Below are positions 19,857-30,700 of a DNA stretch of 64,000 bases, in pieces. Numbering within the stretch: the first letter of the stretch is position 1; each line of letters opens with the position of its first letter. The notes under the pieces were generated by a model that ran no database searches, had not been told where the DNA came from, and saw only the letters and a program-made list of their open reading frames with translations. The position numbers were made by a program, and so were the translations under genes. The stretch is from Bacteriovoracaceae bacterium. GTDB taxonomy: Bacteria; Bdellovibrionota; Bacteriovoracia; Bacteriovoracales; Bacteriovoracaceae. The stretch lies in contig JBLWTJ010000001.1 of NCBI GenBank assembly GCA_048270185.1, positions 288,001 through 352,000 on the forward strand. The letters are read 5' to 3'.

Positions 19857-21212
19857 CTATGATCCAGCGATCATTAAATTTGAAAAGAGAATCTTTGGTG
19901 TAAAGAATGAATTATCACTTGAAGATTCGATCTTATCTGAAATTAATTCAATTTCACTAAGCATCTTAAAGAAGTTTCCACTAACTGTAACATCCTTAAA
20001 ATAGCCTTCAATTTCTCCATTATTCCAAACACGTCCACTTACTCCGAGTGAGAACTCACCACTAATTGGACGAATTCCACTGTGAAGTCCTTGTGCCGTA
20101 AGGATTTCAACATAGCGACGAGAGTTAAAATCGTCTTGCGTATTTGATCCTGCTTCAATCAAGAAGTTTGAGGTCGTTGCAGAAAGCCCTGACTTGGCCC
20201 CTCTTGTTGCACAGAAGTTATTAGTGAGGCCAAGCTCTTTTGCTGTGGCACTATTGTGTAAGAATTGGACTAGCTTACCATTTTCAAGAAGTGTATTTAC
20301 TTGCTTTTTCTTTCCTTCACCGTCAAATGGGCACACACTATATCCCTTCGTAAAGAAAGGATCATCCTTAAATGTAAGTCTACTATCAGCTACCAGTTCT
20401 CCTAGTTTATCTTTCCAAGGATTTGACTTGTTGATTGCTGCTCTTGCACTAAAAAGTAACATAAAGCTTGAAAGAATATCGTCAAATAGGTCGATTTCAA
20501 AATTGACATCGTAATTACCTGTTTTGATTTGAGAAGCATCGATGAAATTATTAGCTACTTCGAGAGAGCCATTGATGACTTTGTCATAATCAAGATTTCT
20601 AAAATCTCTCTTTGTGTCGGCCAGGTAGTGCATGGCATTTTTATCGCCTTTTTTAATGAGGGCCGACGTATATGCAGTATATGATTTTGATTGATGTGTA
20701 CAAAGAACACCTTTAGAATTTCCGATGGCAAAGTTTGAAACACCTTCAGCTATACCGTTATAAGGTGCACTTTGACAGTTTGAATCACGCTTACGTACTT
20801 CACTTTCGAGAAAGAGTGATTTTTCAATCATCTCATTTGCATCCGGAGAATATTCAACGTTAACACTTGGGTTAGCATCATCTAGTGCTGTTCCTTCTTC
20901 TATTACCTGGTATTCATCAACTTTAGAGTACTTTGAATTTGCAAGGGCATTTTCTAGTGTTATCTTAATTGCTTCATCACTTAAGTCTTCAGTGAAGCTT
21001 ATTCCAACTCTTTGCTCACTGATAACTCGAACTCCAAGAGCACCAGTATTGGCCTTTTTATACTCACTAAGTTCACCTTGCTCTGCTTTTAAAGAAAAGG
21101 CTTCTGAGCCAGAAATAATAACATCAAGGTCTTTAATGCCTATGTCGCGGGCCATATCAAGAGTACGAGCTATATATTCTTTTTGCTGTTTTGTTTTATT
21201 ATTTGTGCTCAT
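19857..21212 (-). CDS. pmbA: TldE/PmbA family protein
   Basis: FDGEG, G.L..FLH, SGEFSLG and VSGNF motifs. Coupled to tldD by a TAATG overlap. Confidence 0.9.
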   Translation of the reverse strand: MSTNNKTKQQKEYIARTLDMARDIGIKDLDVIISGSEAFSLKAEQGELSEYKKANTGALGVRVISEQRVGISFTEDLSDEAIKITLENALANSKYSKVDEYQVIEEGTALDDANPSVNVEYSPDANEMIEKSLFLESEVRKRDSNCQSAPYNGIAEGVSNFAIGNSKGVLCTHQSKSYTAYTSALIKKGDKNAMHYLADTKRDFRNLDYDKVINGSLEVANNFIDASQIKTGNYDVNFEIDLFDDILSSFMLLFSARAAINKSNPWKDKLGELVADSRLTFKDDPFFTKGYSVCPFDGEGKKKQVNTLLENGKLVQFLHNSATAKELGLTNNFCATRGAKSGLSATTSNFLIEAGSNTQDDFNSRRYVEILTAQGLHSGIRPISGEFSLGVSGRVWNNGEIEGYFKDVTVSGNFFKMLSEIELISDKIESSSDNSFFTPKILFSNLMIAGS

Positions 21213-22600
21213 TACTTACCTCCACCCACTAAAATTTCATCAACTTTTAGGGCCGGTTGACCTACTGTTGTATTGACTCCTCCTGATACTGATCCACAAA
21301 CACCAGCTGCAAAGTCTAGATTATCTGCAACCATTGAGATCTGCTTAAGAGTTTCAGGACCTGTTCCAATAAGAGTTGCACCTTTAACTGGATCACCGAT
21401 TTTTCCGTTTTTAATTTCATATCCCTCAATTACTGAGAAGTTAAATTCTCCTGTACCAGGACTAACGGAACCACCACCCATTTGTGCACAGTAAATACCA
21501 TGCTCTATTGACGAGATCATGTCTTCAAATTTATCTTTTCCTGCTTCAATATATGTATTTCTCATTCTTGAAGTTGGAGCATACTTATATGATTCACGAC
21601 GAGCAGATCCTGTTCTTTCAAAGCCAGTCTTCATGGCCCCAAGTTTATCAACCATAAAACTTGTCAGCTTCCCATCTTTAATCAGTTGAGTTTTTTGTGT
21701 CTTCATACCTTCATCATCAATATTGATCGATCCCCAGTAATTCTGATTTGTTCCATCATCAACGGCACTAACAACACTTGAAGCAATCATTTGATCCATC
21801 TTATCCCAGAAGACAGAGGCCTTCTTAGCAACAGAAGTAGTTTCAAGTAAGTGACCACAAGCTTCGTGGAAGATAACCCCACCAAATCCATTATCAATAA
21901 CAACAGGCATTTTTCCCGCTGGACATGGCTTGGCCTTAAGTTTTGTTAGTACTTCCTTGGCAAGCTTTTCTGAAATAAATTTTGGGTCTTGTCCTTCAAT
22001 GAATTCCCATCCAAGCATCGCTCCTGGTGAGTAGCCAGCACTATCTTGTATATTGCCGTCACTTGCAATACAAGCAGCTCTTAGGCGCACATAATTTCTT
22101 TCATCTGTAATATGAAGCCCTTCAGAATTAAAAATTTCAATTTCTTGAAAACGAAGATTCGTTCCAATAGGGACTTGTGTGATTTTATCACTGGCGGCTC
22201 TAGTGTATTCATCAATCTTCATAAGAAGAGGTATCTTCTGGTCAAGAGAAATATTATTTTGAAGTCCTGCTTGTACAAAGTGATTTTGAAGAGGCTTTTC
22301 ATAATTAAAGTTTGTAAGAGAATTTACTGGATCTCGTCGATCCTTTGCACTTAGAGAATTAACGATCTCTAAGAGTTCTTCTTTATTTGTTGAATTTGTA
22401 TAACCATAAAGTACTTTGGTTCCGTAGAACAGTCGGATACCAATTCCAAAATTGATTCCATTTTCTATATTATCAACTTTTGAATTCTTAATATCGATTG
22501 ATTCAAAACTTTGTCGATCGACAAAAACTTCTGCAAAGTCAGCTCCTCTTAAAAGAGCGAAGTCGATGACTTCTTTTGCAGTATTACTATCTAACATCAT
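21212..22600 (-). CDS. tldD: TldD metalloprotease
   Basis: HEACGH zinc motif, DDEG, GSARRES, SRMRNTYI and GQP. Confidence 0.93.
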   Translation of the reverse strand: MMLDSNTAKEVIDFALLRGADFAEVFVDRQSFESIDIKNSKVDNIENGINFGIGIRLFYGTKVLYGYTNSTNKEELLEIVNSLSAKDRRDPVNSLTNFNYEKPLQNHFVQAGLQNNISLDQKIPLLMKIDEYTRAASDKITQVPIGTNLRFQEIEIFNSEGLHITDERNYVRLRAACIASDGNIQDSAGYSPGAMLGWEFIEGQDPKFISEKLAKEVLTKLKAKPCPAGKMPVVIDNGFGGVIFHEACGHLLETTSVAKKASVFWDKMDQMIASSVVSAVDDGTNQNYWGSINIDDEGMKTQKTQLIKDGKLTSFMVDKLGAMKTGFERTGSARRESYKYAPTSRMRNTYIEAGKDKFEDMISSIEHGIYCAQMGGGSVSPGTGEFNFSVIEGYEIKNGKIGDPVKGATLIGTGPETLKQISMVADNLDFAAGVCGSVSGGVNTTVGQPALKVDEILVGGGK

Positions 22601-22665
22601 ATATCCTCCAAATGTTGAGATATTTTAACAAATAAATGGATTGAATAAAAGGTAATAGGAGTTAT

Positions 22666-24006
22666 TTAGGCAGCTTCTTTTACTTCTTTGAGCTTATCCT
22701 GAACACGTTTTACTGAAGGGCCGTGTCGATCACTGCGATCTCCTGCACGGCGTGATGTCATTGATTCTAGACTTTCAAGAAGATCACTATGGCGAGAAGT
22801 TATCTCATCAAATTTTTCCTTATCGAGGCGATAGAGTTCACAATAACCAATGGCGCGAACATTGGCGTTTCGCTTTGTGTCGTATAAGAGGGCACTTTCA
22901 CCAAAGAATTGTCCTTCGTGAAGAGTGGCAACGACATTTCCATCGCTAAGGATGATTTCAACGCTTCCGTGACCGATAAGATACATCTCCTGGCCCGTTT
23001 CACCGATATTGATGATCGTTTGTCCAGGACCGTAGTACTTTTGCTCCAGTGCTCCGGCCACTTCTTTTAGACAACTTGCTGAAAGTTTTTTAAATATAGG
23101 CAGATTTCTAATGAGTTTAATATTCATGTAAATTGTTAACTCACCTTGAAGGGCCTGAGGTAGTTCATTGATGATCTTGTTATCATTTTCAGTTAGGCGC
23201 TTTGTTACAAGATGGTTGTAGTAACTAAAAACATTTTGCTGAAGTCGTTCCGGAACATTATAGTGTTTCATAAAACTAATTAAGTCTTGAACTTTCTCTC
23301 TGTTTTGTTGCTTATAGCGCTCACCATCTTGAACCATCTTTGTTACCGTACCGATAACAAAACCGTAAACACCAACACCAAGAATCATGATGACCATTGT
23401 AAAAAGTCGCCCTTGATTATTTGTCGGTGTGATATCTCCATAACCAATTGTTGTCAGTGTCGTTACTGTCCAATACATGGCCGTAATATAGTGAGTGAGT
23501 CGATCTTGAACAAGTGAAGCCTCAATTGGTGCGATCATAATCCAACACAGACTAATCCAGTGAACCGCAACCATAAAGACTGTGACAAGGGCCGTGAACT
23601 TAATAAATTTCGGAACAAAAGCAAGATTTGAAACGATTTCAAAAAGTCTCGCAACTCGAACAAGTCTAAATAGTCTAAAATAAGTAAAGGCGTGTAGGCC
23701 AAGAGAGTAGCTTAAAATATCATATGGAATTGAAGCAATACAATCAATCGCCATAAGAGCATACCATTTTCTCTTATGTGACTTACTTGAAAAGCTCATA
23801 TTCTGTGCTCTTTTCTTTTTAAGTCGCCAGATTAAATCGCCAACAAATACTGATGACACAAAGAAATCCGTAAATAATTGCCAAGATTGAATTTTGGTTT
23901 GAAAGACAAATGAGAATGGAGCTTCAATAGCTGTAAAAATCACGGCAATAAAGATTATTGCATTCCAGACGATTTCTTTTTTTGTGATTTGCTTATTGTT
24001 GATCAT
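22666..24006 (-). CDS. Cyclic-nucleotide-gated potassium channel (6TM + C-linker + CNBD)
   Basis: S4-like FRLFRLVRVAR, selectivity filter TTIGYGD, and CNBD GQFFGESALL...RNANVRA. Confidence 0.93.
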   Translation of the reverse strand: MINNKQITKKEIVWNAIIFIAVIFTAIEAPFSFVFQTKIQSWQLFTDFFVSSVFVGDLIWRLKKKRAQNMSFSSKSHKRKWYALMAIDCIASIPYDILSYSLGLHAFTYFRLFRLVRVARLFEIVSNLAFVPKFIKFTALVTVFMVAVHWISLCWIMIAPIEASLVQDRLTHYITAMYWTVTTLTTIGYGDITPTNNQGRLFTMVIMILGVGVYGFVIGTVTKMVQDGERYKQQNREKVQDLISFMKHYNVPERLQQNVFSYYNHLVTKRLTENDNKIINELPQALQGELTIYMNIKLIRNLPIFKKLSASCLKEVAGALEQKYYGPGQTIINIGETGQEMYLIGHGSVEIILSDGNVVATLHEGQFFGESALLYDTKRNANVRAIGYCELYRLDKEKFDEITSRHSDLLESLESMTSRRAGDRSDRHGPSVKRVQDKLKEVKEAA

Positions 24007-24054
24007 TATTCTCTACTAATTGGACATGGCCCCATCTTCTATGTTCAATATTTT

Positions 24055-24081
24055 TAATCGGTTCATTTGTGAATTTCTTTA
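24055..24081 (-). promoter_or_regulatory. Sigma28/FliA-like promoter of the K+ channel gene
   Basis: Minus strand TAAA-N15-ACCGATTA versus consensus TAAA-N15-GCCGATAA. Confidence 0.55.
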
Positions 24082-24136
24082 ATGATTTTGCTAGGTTTTT
24101 TAATTGTTAAATTTTCGTCAACTAAACCGGTTTTCG

Positions 24137-24165
24137 TTGACCACAATTGGCCCAAATTTTAAAAT
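24137..24165 (+). promoter_or_regulatory. Sigma70-like promoter of htpX
   Basis: TTGACC-N17-TAAAAT, 35 bp upstream of the ATG. Confidence 0.55.
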
Positions 24166-24200
24166 GCAGTGGTAATTATTAATTTTTTTTTGGAGACTAA

Positions 24201-25091
24201 ATGCAACGTTTCTTTCTATTCTTTCTAACTAATATACTTGTTGTTGCAACAATTGGAGTTGTTCTTAACTTGTTAGGAATTCGTGGTTATATCACATCCC
24301 AGGGACTTAATTTTGAGGCCCTATTAATTATTTGCTCAATCTGGGGCTTTGGGGGCTCTTTTATTTCTTTGGCCCTATCCAAATTCTTTGCCAAGATGGC
24401 CTACCGAATGGAGAGAATTGAGCCTACCGATCCTGAGTTTGGTTGGGTTGCCGCAAGTGCTTATCAATATGCTCGTGCTTCAGGAATTTCAAATCCAGAA
24501 GTCTATGTATATCAATCAAATGAAGTAAATGCCTTTGCCACAGGCCCTAGTCGTAATAACTCAATGGTTGCAGTCTCGTATGGATTAATTCATTCAATGA
24601 ATCGCGACGAAGCCGAAGGTGTTATCGCCCATGAAGTGGCCCATATTGCCAATGGTGATATGGTGACAATGGCCCTTGTACAAGGTGTTGTGAATGCCTT
24701 TGTTATGGTTTTATCTCGTGTTGCGGCCTTTGCAATTTCAAATGCTATGAGAGGAGAAGATGAAGAAGGCCCTGGGATTGGCCCATTTGCCCATATGTTT
24801 CTAGTAATGGCCCTTGATATGTTATTTGGCCTTCTTGCTATGCCTGTAACAATGTGGTTCTCACGCTATCGTGAATATCGTGCTGATGCAGGAAGTGCAA
24901 GGCTTGCAGGACGAGAGAAAATGATTGCGGCCCTTGAGCGCTTAAAGACGAGTTCAATGATGATTGATAAAGGGGAGCCAAATCTTGCGGCCTTTAAAAT
25001 TTCATCTTCAGCTTCAATGGTTGAGCTTTTTAGTTCTCACCCTAGTTTAGAAAAGCGAATTCACGCTCTTCAGAGAAGTTCTAACATTTAA
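24201..25091 (+). CDS. htpX: Membrane zinc protease HtpX (M48)
   Basis: NAFATG, AHEVAHIANGDMVT, SRYREYRAD and FSSHP motifs. Confidence 0.95.
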   Translation: MQRFFLFFLTNILVVATIGVVLNLLGIRGYITSQGLNFEALLIICSIWGFGGSFISLALSKFFAKMAYRMERIEPTDPEFGWVAASAYQYARASGISNPEVYVYQSNEVNAFATGPSRNNSMVAVSYGLIHSMNRDEAEGVIAHEVAHIANGDMVTMALVQGVVNAFVMVLSRVAAFAISNAMRGEDEEGPGIGPFAHMFLVMALDMLFGLLAMPVTMWFSRYREYRADAGSARLAGREKMIAALERLKTSSMMIDKGEPNLAAFKISSSASMVELFSSHPSLEKRIHALQRSSNI

Positions 25092-25157
25092 TAACAATTA
25101 TTGTTCCTTAGCTCCTCATGTCTCATAATTAAGTGTTAACACATGAGGAGTTAAATT

Positions 25158-26459
25158 ATGAAGAAGCTAATTCTAGGAGCAACGATGCTCCTAAGCCTTT
25201 CGATCCAGGCACATTCAAGCGGATCTAATCCATCTAAAGTTCTTACTATCAATGCTAAGTCAAATTATGCAAAGACACTAAAAATCCTACATAAAGAGGG
25301 CTTTGATGTACTTGGTGTCGATATCAAAAACGAACTTATAGATGTTGCCCTTACTAAAGAAGAATTCAATGATTTCAAATCTTATAACTTCCAAGTGTTA
25401 GAGGAGAGAAATGATGCCCTGACAGCTTCAATCGATGAGCGCTATATGAACTCACAAGAGGTTGCAAGCTTTATTGAAGAGTATGCAAAGAAGTATCCGG
25501 CCATTGCAAAGAAGATCAACCTTGGTGAAACGCTAGAAGGGCGAAATATCTTTGCCATGAAGATTTCAGATAATGTTGATTTAGATGAGGCAAGCGAGCC
25601 TTCTGTTTTATTTAATGGAATGCACCACTCACGAGAAATTATGACGGTCGAAGTGACGACAGATATAATTAAAGAGCTTTTAACAAAATATGGAAAAGAC
25701 GATAAGGTTACACATTGGGTTGATAGCAATGAAATCTATGTTCTTCCTATTGTAAATATTGATGGAAACGTCAAGGTTTGGGAAGGGGAGAATATGTGGC
25801 GTAAGAATGCACGAGGTGGATACGGAGTTGATATCAACCGAAACTATCCAACAAATTGGAATGCTTGTAATGGTTCAAGTGGATGGAAGTATTCTCAAAC
25901 ATATCGTGGAAGTGAAGCGGCCAGTGAGCCAGAGACAAATGTTCTTATGAATTTTGTTTCAATGATTAAGCCAGTCTTTAATATTTCATACCACGCTTAC
26001 TCTGAACTTGTTATTTACCCTTATGGTTGTAAGGGCCAAAGAACGGCCAATAAAGAAGTTGTCGAAGGAATTGGTAAAGAGCTTGGTGCAACTCTAAACT
26101 ACGTACCGGGGACTTCATGGGAAACTCTGTATTCAGTTGATGGCTCTGATATTGATTGGATGTATCAAGAGGAACAAGTTATTCCTTATGTTATCGAAGT
26201 AAGCCCTCGTTCAGATGGTTTTCAGCCTCCATATAGTAAGCGTGATGCAACTGTTGAGCTAAATCGTAAAGGTTGGCAATTACTACTTGATAAGTTAGAT
26301 GGCCCAATGGTTCGTGGTATCAAAAAGGACGCTAAGACGATTAAAGTAATTAGTGAAAATTTTGAAACGCAGTATCGTATCAATCCAGATGGAAGCTACT
26401 TTGTCGTTCTTCCAAAGGGATCAAAGATTCAAGATTTTGAAATATCTTTTAATAAGTAA
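25158..26459 (+). CDS. Secreted M14 zinc carboxypeptidase (carboxypeptidase T-like)
   Basis: HHSRE, WRKN, GVDINRNY, SEPET, YHAYS and the catalytic Glu in VIEV. Signal peptide present. Confidence 0.92.
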   Translation: MKKLILGATMLLSLSIQAHSSGSNPSKVLTINAKSNYAKTLKILHKEGFDVLGVDIKNELIDVALTKEEFNDFKSYNFQVLEERNDALTASIDERYMNSQEVASFIEEYAKKYPAIAKKINLGETLEGRNIFAMKISDNVDLDEASEPSVLFNGMHHSREIMTVEVTTDIIKELLTKYGKDDKVTHWVDSNEIYVLPIVNIDGNVKVWEGENMWRKNARGGYGVDINRNYPTNWNACNGSSGWKYSQTYRGSEAASEPETNVLMNFVSMIKPVFNISYHAYSELVIYPYGCKGQRTANKEVVEGIGKELGATLNYVPGTSWETLYSVDGSDIDWMYQEEQVIPYVIEVSPRSDGFQPPYSKRDATVELNRKGWQLLLDKLDGPMVRGIKKDAKTIKVISENFETQYRINPDGSYFVVLPKGSKIQDFEISFNK

Positions 26460-27570
26460 AAGCTTCTAAAATATTCATCCCCTTCTTCACATTGGAAGAA
26501 GGGGCATGATTAATCACAATACCATCTGTTGGTGCAAGAATAGGGGTAATGGCCTCTTCGAGCTTATTTAATTTATCAAAGTGATAGAGACTCATGATCT
26601 TTTCACCCTTTTTAAATTTAGCACCTGGGGCCTTGTGATATTCGATAAAGCCTGTCTTTGGTGCAAAGAAGCTCTTATAATTTTCTAGCTTACAGTAAAT
26701 TGCTTCATTCTTATGTGTTGCAATTTCTTGATCTTCAACAACACCTCTTCGAACTAGGTAATTATATATATTAATAGCGTCAGTGTGGCCTGCCTTTGAG
26801 TCAATTATCTCTTCACTTCCTAGCTCAAGAGTATAAGATTCAAAGTGATTTTGGCCTCCCATTACTTGATAGTATCTAACCCAAGGATAGAAGCTTGCTT
26901 CATCCATGGCACCACCAAACTCTGGAGGGATAATAAGATTAAATGGAAAGTTTAAATCTTGCATCTTTGTTTCAAGATAATCCGCTCCATAGAGATAGCG
27001 ACAACCAACTCCTGCAGTATGAAGATCTAAGACTATATCAGCATCGCTGGCAAGTTCTTGGAGCGTGATAAAGAGATTCTTATTCTCATCAATACCGTAT
27101 TTTTCATGGGCCTTACGGTACTCAGACACTTTATTCTTAAGAAGTTCTTTGTATCCATTAATATCTTTTGCTTCTTTGATTTCTTCATCGCTAATAGCAC
27201 CGTATCCTTCTTTTTGCGAAAAAAAGTTTAGATACATACGATTCCAATTATCGCCAGTTATAGGATTGAAGCGGCCATATGTGTAAGTTCCCATCTTATT
27301 TGAAGTTGCATAAGGGTTTGCATTGGGAACAAAAGTAATTTTCGAGTTGATCTTCTTATCTTCTAAGAGATTAACTAATTTTAAGATGGCCATATTCCCT
27401 TGTAACTCAGCACCATGTACATTGGCCTGAATATAGACGATAGGAGAGTCGGGCCTAATATGCTCTGGTGTGATTTCGAAAATATTGAGCAGATACTTTG
27501 CTTGATTCGTTTCATCGATCTCAATAACTTTCTTCTTTAGCATAAGGGGCTCCATGTCTGATAATGCCAT
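26449..27570 (-). CDS. Succinylglutamate desuccinylase/aspartoacylase family protein
   Basis: HGAE, ANP, NWNR, LDLHT and TLELG motifs, plus a C-terminal biotinyl-like domain. The true start may be a few codons downstream. Confidence 0.85.
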   Translation of the reverse strand: MALSDMEPLMLKKKVIEIDETNQAKYLLNIFEITPEHIRPDSPIVYIQANVHGAELQGNMAILKLVNLLEDKKINSKITFVPNANPYATSNKMGTYTYGRFNPITGDNWNRMYLNFFSQKEGYGAISDEEIKEAKDINGYKELLKNKVSEYRKAHEKYGIDENKNLFITLQELASDADIVLDLHTAGVGCRYLYGADYLETKMQDLNFPFNLIIPPEFGGAMDEASFYPWVRYYQVMGGQNHFESYTLELGSEEIIDSKAGHTDAINIYNYLVRRGVVEDQEIATHKNEAIYCKLENYKSFFAPKTGFIEYHKAPGAKFKKGEKIMSLYHFDKLNKLEEAITPILAPTDGIVINHAPSSNVKKGMNILEAFTY

Positions 27571-27704
27571 CTATTTAAGTCAGCGACTTTTCAATATTTT
27601 TAGTCTAACTCCCTAATTATACAACAAAAGCCGTAAGTTGTTTGAATTAATCAATAATTAAATAATAATTAAGTAATTCAGGGCTTTTGGACGATAAGGA
27701 TGTG

Positions 27705-30700
27705 ATGAAAAATTTAAAGAAATATTTGATTCTTATTCTCGGGCACTTCTTCCTATTAAGTGTTGGGGCCATGGGCCTTGAAAATAGGCAGTATAGTCTT
27801 GATCCAAATAGACAGGATCTAAATTTCATCAATCTACAATACTACTATAATTCAGTGGTTCTTTTTCAAGAGTCTTTTGAGACTGCAAGAAATAATAAAA
27901 AATTATATTCGACATTATCTTTCATTGATAATGCCTATGCTGATGCAACTTCAACTTGCTTTGTTGGCGGAAATGTTTCAAGTATTTCTGGCGGTAAGTG
28001 TGAAATCAAATCAAGTATTGCATGCGAGAAAAGTTTCTGGTCGGGTGACATTAAGAAAGTTCGTTGTAATCCTTCATTGTATGGCCCTGGTCAAGATGGG
28101 CGAGGGGCCTGTGTTGATGTGAGGAATGCATCAATGAATTGTCGTAATACACCTGGTGCTCTTACTACTCCACAAGCTGTTAAGGCCATAATGGAGAGTA
28201 AGAAGAAGCGTGAAGACTTTGACCAGCTTGCTGAAGAGATTGAAAAGTATTGTCAAGAAAGGCCATCTGATAAAGTTTGTATTGATCAAAAATCAAGAAT
28301 TTCTGATATTAGAAAGGGGATGGACGAAGCTCAGGCCAATCTTGAAAAAATGCAGAAGAATCAATCTCTAGGTACTTCAAAGGCAGTCGGTATTCTTGAT
28401 CGTTGTGAAAAAGATTACCGAGCTCAAAAAGAAGAAAATCTCTTTGGTTCATTCTTTATGAGTTCACGTAATATTGGAGATTCACTACTACAAACTGCTT
28501 GTTCAAATGATCAAGCAATTGAGAGTATGACAACTAATAGTTTAAATGACCTATCTAAAGGTTTTGATAAAATCTATAAGCATACTTCTCTTTCATCAAT
28601 GTTAAATGACGGCCTAAAGATAGGAAGCGAGTTATCGATGAAGAATTATATTCTTCATAAACTTAAGTCAGTTGGTGTAAATGATTCTGAAATCGATAAG
28701 GCCGCAAATGCGATTCTAGTAAAATCTCCAGAGTTTAAGAAAATGCCATATTCAAAGATCTTGGCCGATGCTGTTAGTGAATTTAAAGATGCTAAGTCAA
28801 AAGGTAAAATTAAAGCAACAGATAAGAAGAAATTAAGAGACGGCATCAACGATTTAATGACAAATATTAATGAACAATGTGATGCCATAAAAAAGAAATT
28901 CCCATGTGTGACTTCAAGTGGTTCCGGAATGTATGGAATGGCACTTCTTCCAAAGGGTGTCGAGTTATGTGCATCAATTCAAAGAAAACCTGAATATAAA
29001 GAATATATTGCAACTGAACAGGCAAAGTACAACCAATTACTACAGAACTTCTCTGATCGAGAGCCTGACTTTGCTAAGTATGTGGCCACAAAAGAATTTA
29101 GAAGCAAGTATCATGAGCCAACGAATTCTTTTGCTAAACAATGTAATGAATCACCACGTAAAATATTTGGTAAGTATGATCCTGCTTCAAGTTTAACAAC
29201 ATCTGATATTGCTGAACTTGATAAAGAAGTTTCGCAAGACATGCTTGCAGATCTAGAGGATCTCTCTGATAAGATTCCAAATGAAAGTAAAGATGTTGAT
29301 GATCTCGAAGATGATTTTACTGATCTTTTAAAATATCGTCCATATCTCGTCGGACAGGCCCTTAAAAATAATCGCATGTATCCAAAGCTTCAAGATATGC
29401 AGGCCCAGTTTCTATGTCGTCAAATGAGAGAAATTTATGAAAATGACGAAGATTGGCGAGTTGCTAATATGGCAATGGGTGGAGCTGGTATTCTTCTAAG
29501 TGGTGCTCTAATGGCAACAGGAATAGGATCACCGTTAGGAATTGCCTTATCTGCTGCTAGTGCAACACTAGTTGTTGGAGAAGGTATTTCGGGTGTTAGA
29601 ACACTACAAGATGGTCTTGAGCAACGAGACACTGCTGATGCAAAAAGGTCTCAAAACCTCTCTGATCAAGCAGAGCATACAGCTGATATTGAACAGGCCA
29701 ATAGTAAGATTACAGAAGGTAAGGTGCAAGTCGGTCTGGCCCTAGTCGCGGCCGGTGCTGAAGGGGCGGCCATTAGGCAAGGAATTAAGACAGTAAATCA
29801 AACGAGTCAGACAACGAGACGTGCTGCACTTGAGTTGATGCCTCCTTCTAGTTCGAATAAGGCCTTATCAGTTAATGTTAATTCTCCAAGAGGGGCCAAT
29901 GTCATCATCGATAATGCTACAGGACAAATAACAGATAGTAAGAAGATTCTTGATGCAGTTGATGAAGTTGTTGATAACGCAATTGATATAACTCCTGGTG
30001 CTGTTTCTATAATGAAGGCACCAAAGCCTGTGAATCTGCCTGTTGATTACGTAAAGTATGTGGATGAACTTGATACTCCTATTGATAATGTTATTGCATG
30101 GACAAAGCATGGAGAAAGGTTTGAAACTCTAAAAAGAGGAAAGCTTTTAGATGATGGCAGTGGTGTTATTATTGCAAATAATAGCTCTGATATTGATAAA
30201 TTTATCTCTAAAGGCCTAGGTATTCAATCTGAAGAAGGACTTATCCTAAAATTTGGAGATGATATTAGCGAAGCTAAGTTCGTATCTTCTAAGATTGATG
30301 ATGCGGGTAAGGCCTATAAAGTCGATAATGCTTTTGTCTTTACACCAAATAAAGTTGTTATTGATGATGTACCTGTTAGAAGTATGAATGATCTTGATGT
30401 GGCCTATGGCCATATTTCTAACCTGCCTCCATCTAGTAAGAATACTATCTATGCAAGTATTGATAGTAAAATAGCAAATGGCCAAAGACTTAATGATAAT
30501 GAATTAATGGTACTTGCGGCCCGCAAACAAATTATTAGACCAAATAGTAGTAATACTAAAAAGGCACAACTACTTGAGCTTATTAATAAACGTGATCCAG
30601 CTTTAGTTGATGAGTTAATAAGAGGCACTAGTGCCACTTCAATTGCTCGTCGTGAAGCGATGAAAGAAGCCCTAAAGAATGGTGATAATCTTCCGGCAGT

